Positions 62,505 through 64,000 of a stretch of 64,000 nt of DNA are shown one piece after another. Both the position numbers and the translations under genes were made by a program. The DNA comes from Oikopleura dioica (Eukaryota > Animalia > Chordata): assembly GCA_907165135.1 (NCBI GenBank), contig OU015569.1, positions 12,028,001 through 12,092,000 of the forward strand, in the 5' to 3' direction. The notes beneath the pieces are model-generated. The model saw nothing but the letters and a program-made list of their open reading frames with translations, was not told where the DNA came from and searched no databases. The stretch's first letter is position 1. Every line of letters starts with the position of its first letter.

Positions 62505-62957
62505 ATTCTTTATTATTAAAAACTGCTGTATTGGTGACTAAATAAAATAAATTCAATTTTTTGCAATAAGAATATTGGCTCTCCAGTAAAAAACTTGCCG
62601 TATTGCCATATTGATGCCATTTGAAATCGAGGGAGAGGTGTCTGGAATCGTCAAAAAAAATTTTGCGTGGAAATCTTCAACCAATCAGAAGCCTTGATTC
62701 GGCGAATCGGCCAATCAGCAGCCGAGTAGCCGCGCACGCAAAATTTGTCGAAATTTATTTGTCGGTTCCAGACACCTCCCAAAATCGAGCTGGTTAGAAG
62801 TGGTCGCTTTGAGCTTAAGGGATCTCTCCCCCCCCGTTTTGGCCATCTTTGACTGGAAATTCAGCCGATTTGCGCTTATAAATTTGGGCGTACAATAGCT
62901 CTACGGAAAGCTCAGGTGCTATCCGCTATTCTCTAGTACAGAGAAGTTTTTGGGGCG

Positions 62958-63323
62958 CACTGGTTATGTCGCCGAATGTCGCCGAATGTCGCCATTTTTT
63001 TTCAAAAAATAGGATTTATGAAAGAAAAATTGTTTTCTGGCTCAAATTTTCAAAACAAACTTGTTCTAGAACCGAAAAAGGCGGAAATAGTAGGAGGCGC
63101 GGCAATAGAAGTGTGTCCAGCCCAACCAGTGAGTTTCCTACCACAAATTGCGCGGAGCGCTTCCTTGTCTCGAAATTATGCCAAAACAGTTCTAGAACAA
63201 GTTAGTTTTGAAAGTCCTAGGTTAAAAACCAGTTTTCCTTCAAAAAATCCTGGTTTAAAAAATAGGCGGCGACATTCGGCGACATTCGGCGACATTCGGC
63301 GACATTCGGCGACATAACCAGTG
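62958..63323. mobile_element. Non-autonomous CACTG-ended (CACTA/EnSpm-like) element
   Basis: CACTGGTTATGTCGCC...GGCGACATAACCAGTG termini with 10-bp subterminal repeats TGTCGCCGAA (about 3 left, 5 right); flanks GCG/TCG, an imperfect 3-bp TSD. Confidence 0.6.
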
Positions 63324-64000
63324 TCGACCAAGTTTTTTGCTCACTGCAAACGTACCACTAGGAGGGGCCAAAGTTCGAGAATTTCAATATACGCCATTTT
63401 AGGTCATCTTTGACTCGAAATTTAGCCGATTTGGGCTTAGATAGACACCATCTGCGACTAGATTTAGAAAGACCAAAGCCTCATCCTTAATGTCTAGTAC
63501 AGAGAAATGATTTGGTCAAGTAATTAATAAATTTTCTTAAGAACAACCGATTGGGGCCATTTTTGGCGTTTTTTGGAATTTAAATGCTCTCTAGCGCCAA
63601 CATTTTGTTCAAAAATCTAGTGCGGTTACAGCACTAGAATCAGCACATTCTAAGCTTTCGATAGATCCCTTGTATGTCTTATTTCGATGTTATTGAAAAG
63701 TCGAAAAAATTAATAATTTTTACGCTAAGTATAAATTACATGCATTTATGCAATTATCGAAGGGTAAAATTTCAGGGATAGATTTTCATAAATGTGTCAT
63801 GTAATACATCAAAATGATCCTCAGATCACGAGGAATCTTAATATATCAGATATAACACCCTATGAAAGACTTGAAAAAACAGACGGGATCAGCTAAAATC
63901 AATTAAACGTTGAAATTTTGGACTAAACCAATTTTTGGAAGTGAATTTTCGGATAGCCAATAAGATTGCTGTATTTGGCATACCGGCCAATCAAAACCCT

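Noticed and set aside
1-64000. tRNA, rRNA or autonomous transposase/RT genes
   Set aside because: No cloverleaf with a T-loop consensus, rRNA similarity, DDE or YxDD motifs were found by eye; tRNAscan-SE and HMM searches would be needed to exclude them.

Overview
Compact, intron-rich eukaryotic DNA, most likely the larvacean tunicate Oikopleura (inference from ~30-50 nt introns, GA-/GC-/GG-AG introns and a Cys-rich/kelch-like secreted protein typical of that lineage). Best-supported genes: a 7-exon secreted polyprotease (38001-43127, -) with CCP/sushi-like modules and four tandem chymotrypsin-fold domains; a Cys-rich + kelch-like secreted protein; a GPI-anchored Thr-rich mucin; a PLAC8-family protein; an SDR lacking its catalytic Ser/Tyr; a non-RD kinase with a coiled coil and possible MATH-like tail; a small six-Cys secreted peptide; and two multi-pass membrane proteins. 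Intergenic and intronic space is crowded with palindromic non-autonomous elements: roughly 40 copies or half-copies of a CCTGA(G/C)TCAGG hairpin MITE, two double-CCAAT MITE families, long-TIR foldbacks (one with a 9-bp TSD), nested palindromes and tandem concatemers. There is also a young ~1.5 kb non-autonomous LTR element. Several frameshifts in otherwise intact genes are single-base homopolymer deletions and probably assembly errors. Gene models were spliced by eye and no database searches were run.
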